In this document: positions 45,657 to 57,360 of the stretch, piece by piece | Numbering within the stretch: position 1 is the first letter of the stretch | How the letters are laid out: the number at the start of each line of letters is the position of its first letter | Assembly: GCA_004764695.1 (NCBI GenBank) | Contig: SMSO01000034.1 | Span: 1,116,001 to 1,180,000, forward strand | Length of the DNA: 64,000 bases | Origin: Schizochytrium sp. TIO01 | Lineage: Eukaryota; Protista; Bigyra: Labyrinthulomycetes | Reading direction: 5' to 3' | Notes under the pieces: model-generated | The model's database searches: none | What the model saw: only the letters and a program-made list of their open reading frames with translations | What the model was told of the DNA's origin: nothing | Translations under genes and position numbers: made by a program

Positions 45657-47403
45657 CGTCTTGTTTGCTGCTTTTTCTACTGCTACGTAGACTGCTGCTG
45701 CTGGAGAGCGATGGAAGCTGGAGCTTGCTTTAAGTCTCTGGAGAGAGCTGCTCGCTGCTCGACGCGCAAGGCGATCGGGCTTTGCTTTGCTGCTGCTCTG
45801 CAGAGAGATTGTGAGAGAGAAACAGTGCTCAAAGAAGAGATCATTTAGTTAGTTAGCTAGTTGGCTAGTTAGCTGATTAGTTAATTGAGTAATTGTTCGA
45901 TTCAGTATTTTATCTACTCTCGTTATTTATTTACTCCTTTCACTAAGGCAGCAATCTATAAAGAGAGGAAGAAACAAAGATAATGTATGTTCAATCTGCT
46001 TATCTTTTCAACGAAGTGATGGTTTGTTTCCTGAAAGATAGTCATCCTTCTTCTTCTTCCTCCAATATATGTATGGTAAACGAATAGTTAGTTATCTGCA
46101 TAACAAACTCGTAATATCTCTGTTTCTATCTATTGATATGATAATTAATTGTTCATTTTTGTTTATCTCTGCGAAGAATTGTTTTCATTTCCTTCACTTT
46201 CTCAGTTTTAAAATGCTTTTCGCTTTCTTTTTCCTGTTTCAAAGCTTACGAATACGGAGCGCAATGGCGTTATAGAAAGTGAGGCAGACGATAGATACGT
46301 CATCAATAACACCAGCACCATGACCAACAACGAGACAATAAGCACATAGCTTACTAGAAGCAAGTAAGCAAGCAAGTGCTCTCAAGACGATGATCGAAGA
46401 GGAAAGGCAGTGCGAGTGAGGGTGTGAATGTCAGAGAGCCTATTATGAAGTGGCGCTTTTCGCTTTTTGCCTGCGAGAATTCATCGTTTTTAGCGATAAC
46501 TTTTATTTCAACTAAAAGAATGAAACTTAGAAATGAGGAGGGAAGGAGGCAAGGAGGTGAAGAATCTATCTATATATATATACCTTCTCTTCTCAGCAGC
46601 TGTTAATTTTCTCTTGAAATAAAATAAATAAATATTTTGTTAATGAATTAATTGATTGCCTGAGACGACGTGAGCCTGCAGTGTCATTCGCATGCTTCAC
46701 TTGCGAGGGCACAGCAATCGCCGCCTCCGATGGCAGGCTTCCGTTCTCTTGCGAAAGCCACCTCTCTCAGTTGACTAAGCTGCTGGGTGGCATGGCATGC
46801 ATTCGTGTACTTCGGCGATGGTCATGACTCCTGCTCTAAATGTTTTAGTTTTATCATTTCCTCTTTATCATTTCTTTTGAATCAAAATCAAAATTAGTTT
46901 CTGGCTCTGCTGCGCTAGGTAGGTAGTCAGACGATTTGATTTACACGCACGCAGATCAATCGATTGATGATACACACGCACACACATACCATCTTTGAGG
47001 CTTCTCCGCTTCCTCTGAGCCCATCTTACATGATGTATGCATAACTTCATTCACGAACTCATTCTACTTTCACCTCTGCAAAGAGGAGGAGAAGATGGAA
47101 TTGCGAATGAATGAACGAATGAATGAATGTCCTAACTAGTCGATAAGTGGTCGGTTTCCTCCTCGTTTCCAAGGAAAATAATTCAATGCGTTAATGCGTT
47201 GCCAACAGAAAGAAGAAGAAGCCATCACACGATCGTGAACCTCAAGCGCCACCGCACCGGTGAGTGCATTCATTCCGCCAAAGTTTAGCTATCGAACTAA
47301 GATAGATCCACCTCGTTTCTGCCGAGCCTCTTCCTCACCGTGCTCGATGCACGCACGTTCTTTCCACCACCTGGACACGACTGCTTTTATTTCACATCCC
47401 TCG

Positions 47404-47588
47404 ATTCATTCATTCATTCATTCATTCATTTGATTTAATTACATTCATTTTGATTTTGATCATTTGATTTTAATCACATTCACTCATTTAATTACATTCA
47501 TTTTGATTTTAATCACATTCATTCATTCATTTGATTTTAATCACATTCATTCATTCAATCAATCATTCATTTGATTTTAATTACATTC

Positions 47589-47639
<51 letters not shown>

Positions 47640-47745
47640 CATTCATTCATTCATTCCTTGATTTTATAGTGTCTGAAGCGACGGATGACTAACCGACTGA
47701 CTGACTGACTGACTAATCGGTGAGTGAGTGAATTAGTGCGTGAGT
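47404..47745. repeat. Compound (CATT)n/(CAAT)n/(GACT)n microsatellite with a higher-order ttgattttaat(c/t)acattca unit
   Basis: Directly visible tandem arrays. Confidence 0.9.
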
Positions 47746-48979
47746 GAGTGGAAGATCTGCAGCACCTAAAACTTCTCCGGCAGCTAAGACATTCATTCAT
47801 TCATACCTGGGCATAATCGTTCGCAACTTGAGGCTGGTCGCTGGCAGAGCAGGCGTGCTTACCTGCATCTTGCACTGCATCGCACCGCACCGCAATGCAC
47901 GGCAGCGAGCGAGCCATTCGACTGGCCAGCCACTGCATGGAAAACAAGCGGGGATACCCCAGTGCAATGCAGCTGCAGTTGTCTAACACGGGGTCGGCGG
48001 AACAAGAAGAGCTGCTGTTGTGAAAGCAAGCAAGCAAGCAAGCAAGCATTTCTAAAAAAGCTTTGTCCTCTCTTTCGCGGTCTTTAATGAGGAGATGAGG
48101 CCTATGGAGACCTACGTGAGATCTAGCCGAGCTCGTCTCTGGCAGAAGGACTGAGTCGTTAAAACTTCAGAAAGAGAAAACAGTTTTACTTTATTTTTCA
48201 ACTTTTTCAATAAAGAAATTAAAATTAGGAATTCGTGATAGTGAAAATCAGTGCCATCTGTTTTCATTTTATACTTTTCCAAAGTGAGACCCGAAGGCCC
48301 AATGCGAAGAGCAAGGAGAAAGAAAATGATCGAAAGATGAAGCTGACGAGCTCGCGAATAGTGGCTGATTCTGCAATTTGTTGCAGATGAAGATGCCCAT
48401 TTGCACCTGTTCGAGGTCAGAACTGTTCTTTCTACAATATCATTGTCTTACTCCGTTTCTTAAGTCTACTACTTTTGCTAAAAACATACGTAGGCTTTTT
48501 TAATTTTAATTTTAATGTCATTTTAAAAAATAATGAAAGTGAAATTCATTAAACCTTGCTAACGAATGAATGAATACGCCAGCATCTGATGGCCTCAAGG
48601 AAACTCTAGCGCAATGCTAAACAATCAAGAAAAGCGTCGAATTATCAACATAAAAATGGCAAGATCTGTTTTACACGTATGTCTCTCCCTTCTGGTTAGT
48701 CTGGACTTACGACTACTGACGATGATGTCAACGACAACACGAACGAAGTATTTCTCTTAAAGTACGAGACAATTTGCATGGCTGGCTAACGCGTTGCAGA
48801 GCTTGATGCTTGCGAGGCTCGCGGCCCACAAGTAGCAATCGATCACGTCCCAGACGCACATATTTTGCCGGAACCCTACCAAAGGTTCTGCGATTTGATC
48901 TTGGCCAGCAAATAAGATCAGCTTCCCAATGTTGTGCTCGCGCGATCGAGAATGAGCGGGACAAGGAAGCAAGCTTGAA

Positions 48980-49560
48980 AACTGTTTTGCAGAACCTCAT
49001 ACAAATACTGATTACACTTTGGGGAAATCTTCTAGTTATGGAGGGTTGAATTAAGGAATCTGAGAAACTTGTAGAAAGAAGTGCCTGACTTTTTGTAAAG
49101 AACGAAGCTGTGAGCTGCTTCTGCTTCAACTCGCATGCTTCTCAGACGTAGAGATTGGCTAGTTGCTGAGATAGCAATGTAGTTCCTTTGTCGGTGTAGA
49201 CAGATACCCATGTACAGGCATTGTAGGCATCTGACACCGGGCAGTACGGTTTTTTTGTAGTTATTCTCTTTTTTTTTTTGTAAATATCACTGAGCCATCC
49301 TTCTATAAAGTTTTCAGTTTCGTTGTGAAAATCTTCGTGTTTGGTTTTTACATTTTTAATTCCTTTATTTTTCTCTTCAACTTCTGTGTAATGCATGCTG
49401 TTTTTTTCCTCGTCCCATCGTATGCCATCGCACAAAACTTAACCAACTTTAACTCCACGAGTTGCACGAAACGGAGTCTCCAAGTTGGAGATTCGCAAAC
49501 TCGCAAACGCGTGGAGATAGCCATAGCTAGTCGAGTCACCATTGGAATAATAGCTCCGCA
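48980..49560 (-). mobile_element. Fossil tyrosine recombinase gene fragment (DIRS/Ngaro-, Crypton- or virus-derived)
   Basis: Degenerate catalytic motifs occur in the expected order across frameshifts: LAMAIST-R-LRVCE / NLQLGD (cf. TGLRxSE..L...D), VKTK (catalytic Lys), YCPVSDAY (cf. CPVxAL) and LSQQLANLYV*EAC. Then comes ctc aca gct t cgt tct tta caa aaa g tca ggc act (cf. LTAHSLRKSG). Confidence 0.55.
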
Positions 49561-50508
49561 ACCGTGGAGGCGCAGTTTTCTTTGTTTCAATCTGAAATAC
49601 CCTGACCCTCTAACAAACCCCAGGTTCTCAATCAAAGTCAGAAGAGACAGCCTAACTCAATGACACATTTTATATCTTGCACGCAAATTCTAAAGTGGAT
49701 AAATCTCCCTCTGATGACGTATAGATTCTCACATATGCTAGGACCCATCATGATTTTAATATTGAAAGCACAAATTCGGGGGTGTCAGAAGCAACCATCT
49801 GCCTCAACGAGGACCTGGGAGCGGCATACGTGGCAAGACTCCAAAATTGGTAACCCGTTTTTTTTGCTCCAAAGTTCAAGATGGATTCCGGTCTCAGATC
49901 ACAAAAGCTACCTTATTCCCTAGACGTGTATAAATTCATTGTGTAAATTGTCTCGCGGACATGTTCCACAGCGACAATTAATTTGATTGCTAAGCTAGCG
50001 ACAACTAAATTTGAGAATATTATGAAGGTCGAGCAGGAGTTGTGGAGGTCGTCTCGAACAGCCCAGTTCTCATACCATGCTGATATCATTTCGCCAGATC
50101 ATTTATCAAAAATTGTTTTATTCTAAATGTAATTTTCAATAAATAAAAAAACATGCTAAAGTTCTCTGTTTTATTTTTTATCCTTTGGAGGCCCTCTTCT
50201 GAATCGCCCCAAAACGCTTTTAATAAATAAGAGAAAGAGTAAAACGTTTTTTACTACTTCTCGCAAAGTTAAAAGTCTGTCAGCAGAAATCTTCGATCAG
50301 CATCTGTTTCTCAACTTGACCGCAAGCTCGGCCCCACGTGAAGTCAACCCCTCTGCACCATGCACACGGGTTATCATGTCCCCGCGAGCGTGGATTTCTT
50401 CGTTCTCGAAGCGTTCTGCATCGTGTCGAACCCGCAATATCCCGCCTCACCAATCGCAGGAATGGTTGATGCCCTTCTTTCCATTGATTATTTTTCTTTC
50501 AGGTAAAG

Positions 50509-50540
50509 TCTTCTTCTTCTTCTTCTTCTTCTTCTTCTTC
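50509..50540. repeat. (CTT)n microsatellite
   Basis: About 10 tandem ctt units. Confidence 0.9.
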
Positions 50541-51237
50541 TTTCAACACCACAACTACACCTGCATATCATAAAATTGCATAAAATAAATTGAAATAAAC
50601 TAGAAATAACTTAAAATGAAATAAAATACATGGCTGATTCCTGCTCTATTCTATCTGTTTCGTCATCCTTCGCTCTTTCTCTTTGGCCCTTTCAACTTCG
50701 TTTCATGCGTCTTTCTGTCTACGCAGACACGCGACGTCGAAGCTACTCGCAATTAGTTGAAGCTTCGCGCAGCCCCGGGAACGAACTCGCTGCTATCGCG
50801 CAGCCTCAACTGATATGATCCACTCACACCTGTGCCGCGGCCCAAGGCGAGCACGCCAGCGCCAAGCCCGCAGACAGCTCCTGGCGTCACCAAGGCGCGG
50901 CTCTGTCGTCGTAGAAGCCGTCGTGGCCGAGAGGCAATGAATGAATGAATCAATGAATGAATGGATTTACATTCATTCCCTCTCATCGATGTTACTTTGC
51001 AAACAAATAAACAAACAAACAACCTTTTTATCCTTTTTATCCTTTTTATCCTTTTTCTCAACAATGGGAATTGCATCTAATAAACAACAGCCTGCTTCTC
51101 TACTTTAACATGTTTTTACTCAAAGCTCTTATTTTGATTTATTAAAAAGTATGTTTTTAATATATTATATAAAAAATAAATAATAAAAAAAACACGATTG
51201 AAATGCATTTTCTACCTTTAAATAATTTAAATAAATT

Positions 51238-51285
51238 AAAAATCTACATTAAAAATCTACATTAAAAATCTACATTAAAAATCTA
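51238..51285. repeat. 13-bp tandem repeat aaaaatctacatt x3.5
   Basis: Directly visible in an AT-rich tract. Confidence 0.85.
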
Positions 51286-53261
51286 AATAAAAAATCAGGA
51301 AAGAAATTGTTTATTTATTGTTCGAATGAGTGTTTAAAATGAGGGGAAATCCTCGAGACGGAGATTTGCAAGCGCAGCGCACAGTATTAAGGAGGGCGAC
51401 CCAGCTATGCGTTACGCTAGCACGGCGCTAGCGCTCGGGGTGCGCCACGGCTTGGGCGGTGATTTGGTGGCCGCTCGAGGAGAACCTGTTGTTTGTGTGT
51501 GGAGGACTTTCTTGAAGAACCTCGAGTCAGCGCATGCGCTGGCGGGAGAAGGCCTCGCTAACGATTGCGGCTAGCAGGTGCGAAACGTGCAGAGCAGCTG
51601 GGGTTCTGCGGCGGCATTTAGCGGCTCGGGTGAGGACGAATGACACGGAGATTTGTGCAGCCATGGCAATGTGCGGGTTTCTGAAGAGGCGCGGCTGTGG
51701 TAGCGCTGGCGGCTAGGGGATACTCTAGCACGTTCCCTGGCTAGCCACCCTAGCGAGTGCATAGCTAGCTAATAAGCCCGCTAGGAGGTGCCTAGGAAGC
51801 AGTAGCCAGCAGAAGAAAACTGTGTTTCATTCATGATGAATGAAAAGTGGCGATGGTTGTGTTAAACTTAAGAGACCGTCTAAAATTGTACATGTATGTT
51901 TATTCTTTGAGGCCTGCTTCTTCTTCGTCTTCCTCTTTTATAGTTTTATTAAAATGAAGCACTCAGCTCCTAGGGAGAGGTGAGGAAACCAACTTTAGGA
52001 GAGACTGCTCAGGTTAGTATGCGGCAATATCTTTAATTTTAACTAAAAAGAAGAGCATATAGACAACAACAACAACAACAACAAAAAAAAAAAAGACTTT
52101 GGAAATAAGAGCATTGCAGTGCGCTCTGCGAGTTGCTCGAAAAGTACAGCCGGAGCCGCCGCGGGGGCTACAAAATGATGCGGTAGGCACCTACGCTTGT
52201 GCCCAAGGTGGGAGTTCACGAGCTTGGGGCCGGCTGGGCGAACGCGACACAAATCAGAGTCGCCCGTGGTTGCGTTTCGTCAAGAAAGAAGCAAGTTCGT
52301 CTTGAAGGCCTCTCAAGCAAGGCAGTAAATAAGCAGCAGCTTGGCGCTGAGGAAGCCGTGTCGGAGAGCTCGGTTCTTCATTCGCTGGTGAATCGCTCGT
52401 TCCTTGAACACTCGGTAATTCGTGTGCACGCAAAGCTGCGGTTCCTCTCGCTGCACGGCAGCAGAGGGAGCTCCTGCCTGCCTGCTGCCTGGTGCTGCTG
52501 CATGCGTCGACCTAGGTTGAAGTGCTCTTGCGTACGCCGCTCGCCGGCAAGCTCATGAGCGAGTGAGCGAGCGTGGACTTCAAGTTGGGGCTCACGACCG
52601 ACCGCTCGCAGCAACTACGAGCGCTGCAGTCGGCGACGAATCCGAAGAGAGCCACGGACGACGGATGGAGGAGGGAGGGCCTATCGACCCGCTGCATAGA
52701 ACGAGATCGCAGCAGCATTCATTCCTCCAGAGCGCTCCTATGTTCACGGACTTCTTCTGTTCTGAAGGACTGCACCCCCAACTGCTGACATGCGCTGCTC
52801 CCGAATACGAATCTTACAATATTGTGCAGCGCATTGGCGAACCAGGTTCAACGTTTCCACGATGAGCAAGGATGCAATAAAGAAATGAATAACCGACCAC
52901 GCGAATCAATCGGTAACGCGCAGTGAACAACCAACGTAGCAAAGCAGTCCAACAAGTCATCCCTGCATCACATTCGCACACCACACATTCATTCGCATTA
53001 GTCATTCACATCGCACATCCACGCCGTGTCTGTCTGTCTGTCACTCAATCGTCCTTTGCTTGCTTGGCCAATTGGCACTGACTGCTAAACGTCGAGGTCC
53101 GAGTGCCAGGAATGGATAGGCAGCGAGCGCCGCTGCTCAATTGGAAGCTATCCAGCATTCGCTGCCTGGCTTTTGTCAGAAGCAACCTCGCAGACCTATC
53201 TTCGCGGAAACTTGGTAGATGAGCCACCAATTCGTTCGTTGACCCGCTCACACTATGGTAG

Positions 53262-53385
53262 TAAGTCAGTCAGTCAGTCAATCAATCAATGTATCAATAT
53301 ATCAATATATCAAGATTGATCAATCAATTGATCAATCAATTGATCAATGTATCAATATATCAATCAGTCGGTCAGTCAGTCAGTC
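53262..53385. repeat. Compound microsatellite: (CAGT)n flanks around an atcaat/attgat core
   Basis: gtcagtcagtca-atcaatcaatgtatcaatatatcaat...caattgatcaatcaattgatcaat...cagtcagtcagtc. Confidence 0.85.
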
Positions 53386-54846
53386 CTCGTAATGCGGTTC
53401 TTTCACCTCATCTCCAAGCGGCGAAGTCCTTCTGAAGTGAAGTAGTTAGTTAACAGGGCGATTGAACGAACTTGCTTACTTACTTCGGCGCCGGTGGCCT
53501 GTGTTCGTTTGAGGCTTTTGCTTTGTCCATGACGAGGTTTGGCAGAAACCTCAAGAGTTCTTGCACGAGTGAATCATGAATGCATGCAAGCAAGCAAGCA
53601 TGCATGGTTTTTATAGATATCATGGAAAGATAGATGGGTTCGCCGGCGAAGGGAGTGGTGAACCGCTCGACTTGGGGATTCGGAATGCCTATGTTAATTC
53701 GAATGACTGAGGGGAGAGCATCTCTAGCTGGTGGGAGTAGGTACCCACTACACTACTACACCGCAGACAGACATATTGTCGCTGCGCTGGTAATGGATGG
53801 GATGAGACAGCGGCGATGTTGGAGAAATCTAATATCGACAAGATGAGTTAGTAATTCAATTTGCAGACTTGTGAACTCATAGTGTCTACATCAAAAGTTT
53901 GCTTTAATCTCTTTTTTTAACCTCTTTTTTAATTTATTATAAAAGAAAAGAAAAGAAAAGAAAAACATAACCAAGATATTTTTGTCCTTAACTTTCAATT
54001 TTATAATATTGTTCTCTTTTTTATTTAAATTTAAAAATACACTTTTCAAGAGAGAAGATATTTTTTTTTGTAAATTATATTTTAAATCTTTAATCACGAT
54101 AGTTACTTTCCGCCGTCGATGTATGATGATGGTTTAAGCTGCCACTGCGTATGCACTCCTCTTGCCTTACTCTTAAAAGTTCGGGTTATACAGAATACAT
54201 GACTCTGCGCTGGTTCAAGAGAAGCTCGTTCCTGTTATCATGGTCCTGCACCAATCCTGCTGACTATGCGAAGCTCTGATTCTGATCTTGCCGCCAATAG
54301 CAGATGTTCAGGGTTTTATATTTTTTTGGTTTTTTAATCAAAGAACAGAATTATCATCAGTTCGGACATCGAGTAAAGAAAGTATTCCGCAACCGAGACT
54401 TTTCAAGGAAACCCTTCAGAAGCTTACAATAATTGTGGTGCACAATGAGAGCTATCACCTTCGTCACAGTAGAGAACGGGCCCGAAATAGTGCAATGGCA
54501 AAGGACTCCACAGTAGCAGTAGAAGATAGAAATTAAGTAGGCAATCGGACGATCGCAAAGCAGCTTAAGCAGTGCATAGTGAGTAATAGCGCTGCAGGAT
54601 AGTGTCACTTACTGCTCACATCATCGGTCTCAATCTGTGACGTAGTAGTACTACTACTACTATCTGAAAGAAAAAGTAAGTGTCATCGTTTCGTTTCGAA
54701 CAACATTCTTACTCTAGGCCATGTATTTATCCTATGGACAATCTGTAATATATTTTTCCATATTTTTTTTAACTTTTCTTTTAAACTTTTAAAGGTTTAG
54801 AATTTTCTCACGCCGGCACCAAAGTAAATATTAAAGAAAAGAAACC

Positions 54847-55094
54847 TTTGTTTGTTTGTTTGTTTGTTTGTTTGTTTGTTTGTTTGTTTGTTTGTTTGTT
54901 TGTTTGTTTGTTTGTTTGTTTGTTTGTTTGTTTGTTTGTTTGTTTGTTTGTTTGTTTGTTTGTTTGTTTGTTTGTTTGTTTGTTTGTTTGTTTGTTTGTT
55001 TGTTTGTTTGTTTGTTTGTTTGTTTGTTTGTTTGTTTGTTTGTTTGTTTGTTTGTTTGTTTGTTTGTTTGTTTGTTTGTTTGTTTGTTTGTTTG
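54847..55094. repeat. Perfect (TTTG)n microsatellite, ~62 units
   Basis: An uninterrupted run of about 248 bp. Confidence 0.98.
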
Positions 55095-55448
55095 TTCTGA
55101 CTTTCTCTGATTTATTATACTTTACATTAGAGCACACCACCTTGTTATTTACATAATATTTAACATATCTACATATTTTTAATTAAGTATCACAAACTGA
55201 TGGAGCAAAGAGAAGACTAGTTTGGGCAGATTCCTGTAGCTATGCCTAGAGTACTTCATATCAAACTAAGTAGTAGAGTAGATTTTACTCTGCTTCTGCG
55301 TCCTATCTTCCTCTTGACGAGCTGCTCGGCTCCTGCACAGCAAAATGTGGAATGAGACCGAATGTGGAATGAGATTCCAAGGTTTCTCTAACAAATGGGT
55401 TGCTTGAATCTTGACCATTCTCGACCTAGACGACCACTTCAACGTAGA

Positions 55449-55531
55449 ACCTGTTCAATAGGTTGCTGGACCTGTTCAATAGGTTGCTGGACCTGTTCAA
55501 TAGGTTGCTGGACCTGTTCAATAGGTTGCTG
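55449..55531. repeat. 21-bp tandem repeat acctgttcaataggttgctgg x4
   Basis: Four near-identical adjacent copies with no spacers. Reads QQPIEQV x4 on the minus strand. Confidence 0.92.
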
Positions 55532-55859
55532 GGCAGAGGCAGTATTGGTTGTTGTCGGCGTCATCGTTCATGGTACGATTGTTAAGGCTCTCCATTTTAT
55601 GCTGGGTAGGACGTACTTGTACAGTACCTCTCAGTCTGAGGCGATTTGGAGATGCAGTGAATTAATCTATCTATCAATCACTCAATTCACATGGCAACGG
55701 TGCAAAAGTCCACTTCTTGTATCACGCCAGTCAGCATGTGGCTGCATGACCACCCATCAAGGAGCTGTGTTGTCTAGACTGCTCGGCAGGATCAATCACT
55801 GCTCGCGTCGTGGAAGCAGCATTGAAAGAAGGATTTGAGTTCTTTTACATTTGTTACGA

Positions 55860-56100
55860 AGATGAGTGGCAGGCAGCAATCGAGACCTCTATAGTAAACC
55901 TTATATAACCCATAACAAATAGTGCGGTTGAAAAGAGGTCTATTGTTGGAACAGGTAGTACATAAAATCGATTCGAGAATGGGCCACGCTGACGTCACCG
56001 TGCAGGAAAGCGGGCCGGCCTGGAAAGCGGAAATACCTACCGATGGCCCAGAGATCCCCAACCATACATTCTAAAATTGAAGCACTTCTCTCCATCTCAA
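55860..56100 (-). mobile_element. Possible decayed apurinic-like endonuclease fragment of a non-LTR (L1/Tx1-like) retrotransposon
   Basis: GDLW...RFPGRPAF...AHSRIDFMY (cf. D.WR..HP....FT.....SRIDY). A weak SDHxP-like LDCCLPLI follows in another frame. Confidence 0.35.
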
Positions 56101-57360
56101 AGACTGGGGCTGGCGGGCTTGGTACTATTAAATTTGGAATTCCTCGGCAGAGCATTGATTTGATTTTGAGACTGCGGGTACCTTCACTATGCTATAGTCT
56201 CACGCTGTCTCCTGAACCTAGTAGTAGGTACCGTATGCCATTCACCTCTTTTTCTTTTAATTTGTGTTTGCTTTAATTTCATTGTTCGACGCGCCCTGTC
56301 CCGGGTAGCTCGCAGCACTATGCCTCAGACATTTATAGCATTCGATGAAATTAGTATCTCATAGAAGCCATCAGTCTAACCAAGACAAAGAAGAACATAT
56401 ATTGAAATCCCTCCGTCACCTTTATTAAATTGGCTAATATATTCTTTGATTTCACTCAAAAATGTGTTTACTCGTTCTTCTCTAGAGGCATGCAATCGCA
56501 AGCGGTTCGACTGTTCAATTTTTCTTCATGAACAAAAAGAAAACTCGAATATGGAAAGCGTAGCAGCTTTGAGCCAAGACAACCGCTCAAATCACAACAT
56601 GAAAACCTTCGCAAAACTGAGCGTAAATATGCAGTACTATGGTATTGCAGTATTTATTCTCATTTGTTCAGAGCAATCTTGAAGGTGAACGGAATAGCAT
56701 GATCTCAAGCAACAGAGCGCATAGGTGATTAGCCTGATAAAACATATTTCAAAGGCCAACAACCTGTGGTATACATTCCGACGCTTTCATACGGATAGTT
56801 CATTAAGAATATGCGATACACCCCACCCCCTTCTATGGTACGGCATTTAATTAAGCACTATGATGATATCAAGAATTAGCAAAAGAAAACAAAGCAAAAT
56901 CATTCATTTTAGGTCAGGCATGGCTTTTCAAGCAGTCATACATTCAGGCAGAGTCGCATATGTTTGTTTGACAATGCGTGTCATCGGGCATTAAGTTGCG
57001 AAACCCATTTTCCCCAGAGCTCAACAACTGGCCTCTGATTCACAATGCTTTTTCTTTTTTCTTTTTTCATACAATGGTTACGAGGTACCATCCCTGCGGC
57101 ATTGAGTGTTCATCACTACGCTGTGATTCAACTCTTCAAGTTGAACGCTGATCTGAAGCCTCACTCTGAGCAAACTTTTCATCTTTTCCTCCTTCTTATT
57201 ATTATTTGCAGGACTTTCCATTCTGGTATGACAGCATCTCGAAAGTCACCGCAGAGCCATACATGCCAGGTAGAGGAGTTTCGTAGGCATGCATATCCAA
57301 TAACAACTACATCATACAACGTGCTACAGAAATTATGGCATGGTTTTCAAAACACCTTCA

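Noticed and set aside
44361-45848. 495-aa plus-strand ORF antisense to DLST
   Set aside because: Shadow ORF explained by the extreme codon bias of DLST. It has no recognisable motif.
54808-55156. ORFs of FVCL / TNKQ repeats
   Set aside because: Translations of the (TTTG)n microsatellite.
55449-55531. Direct repeats as a possible CRISPR array
   Set aside because: Copies are adjacent with no spacers, the context is eukaryotic and there are no cas genes.
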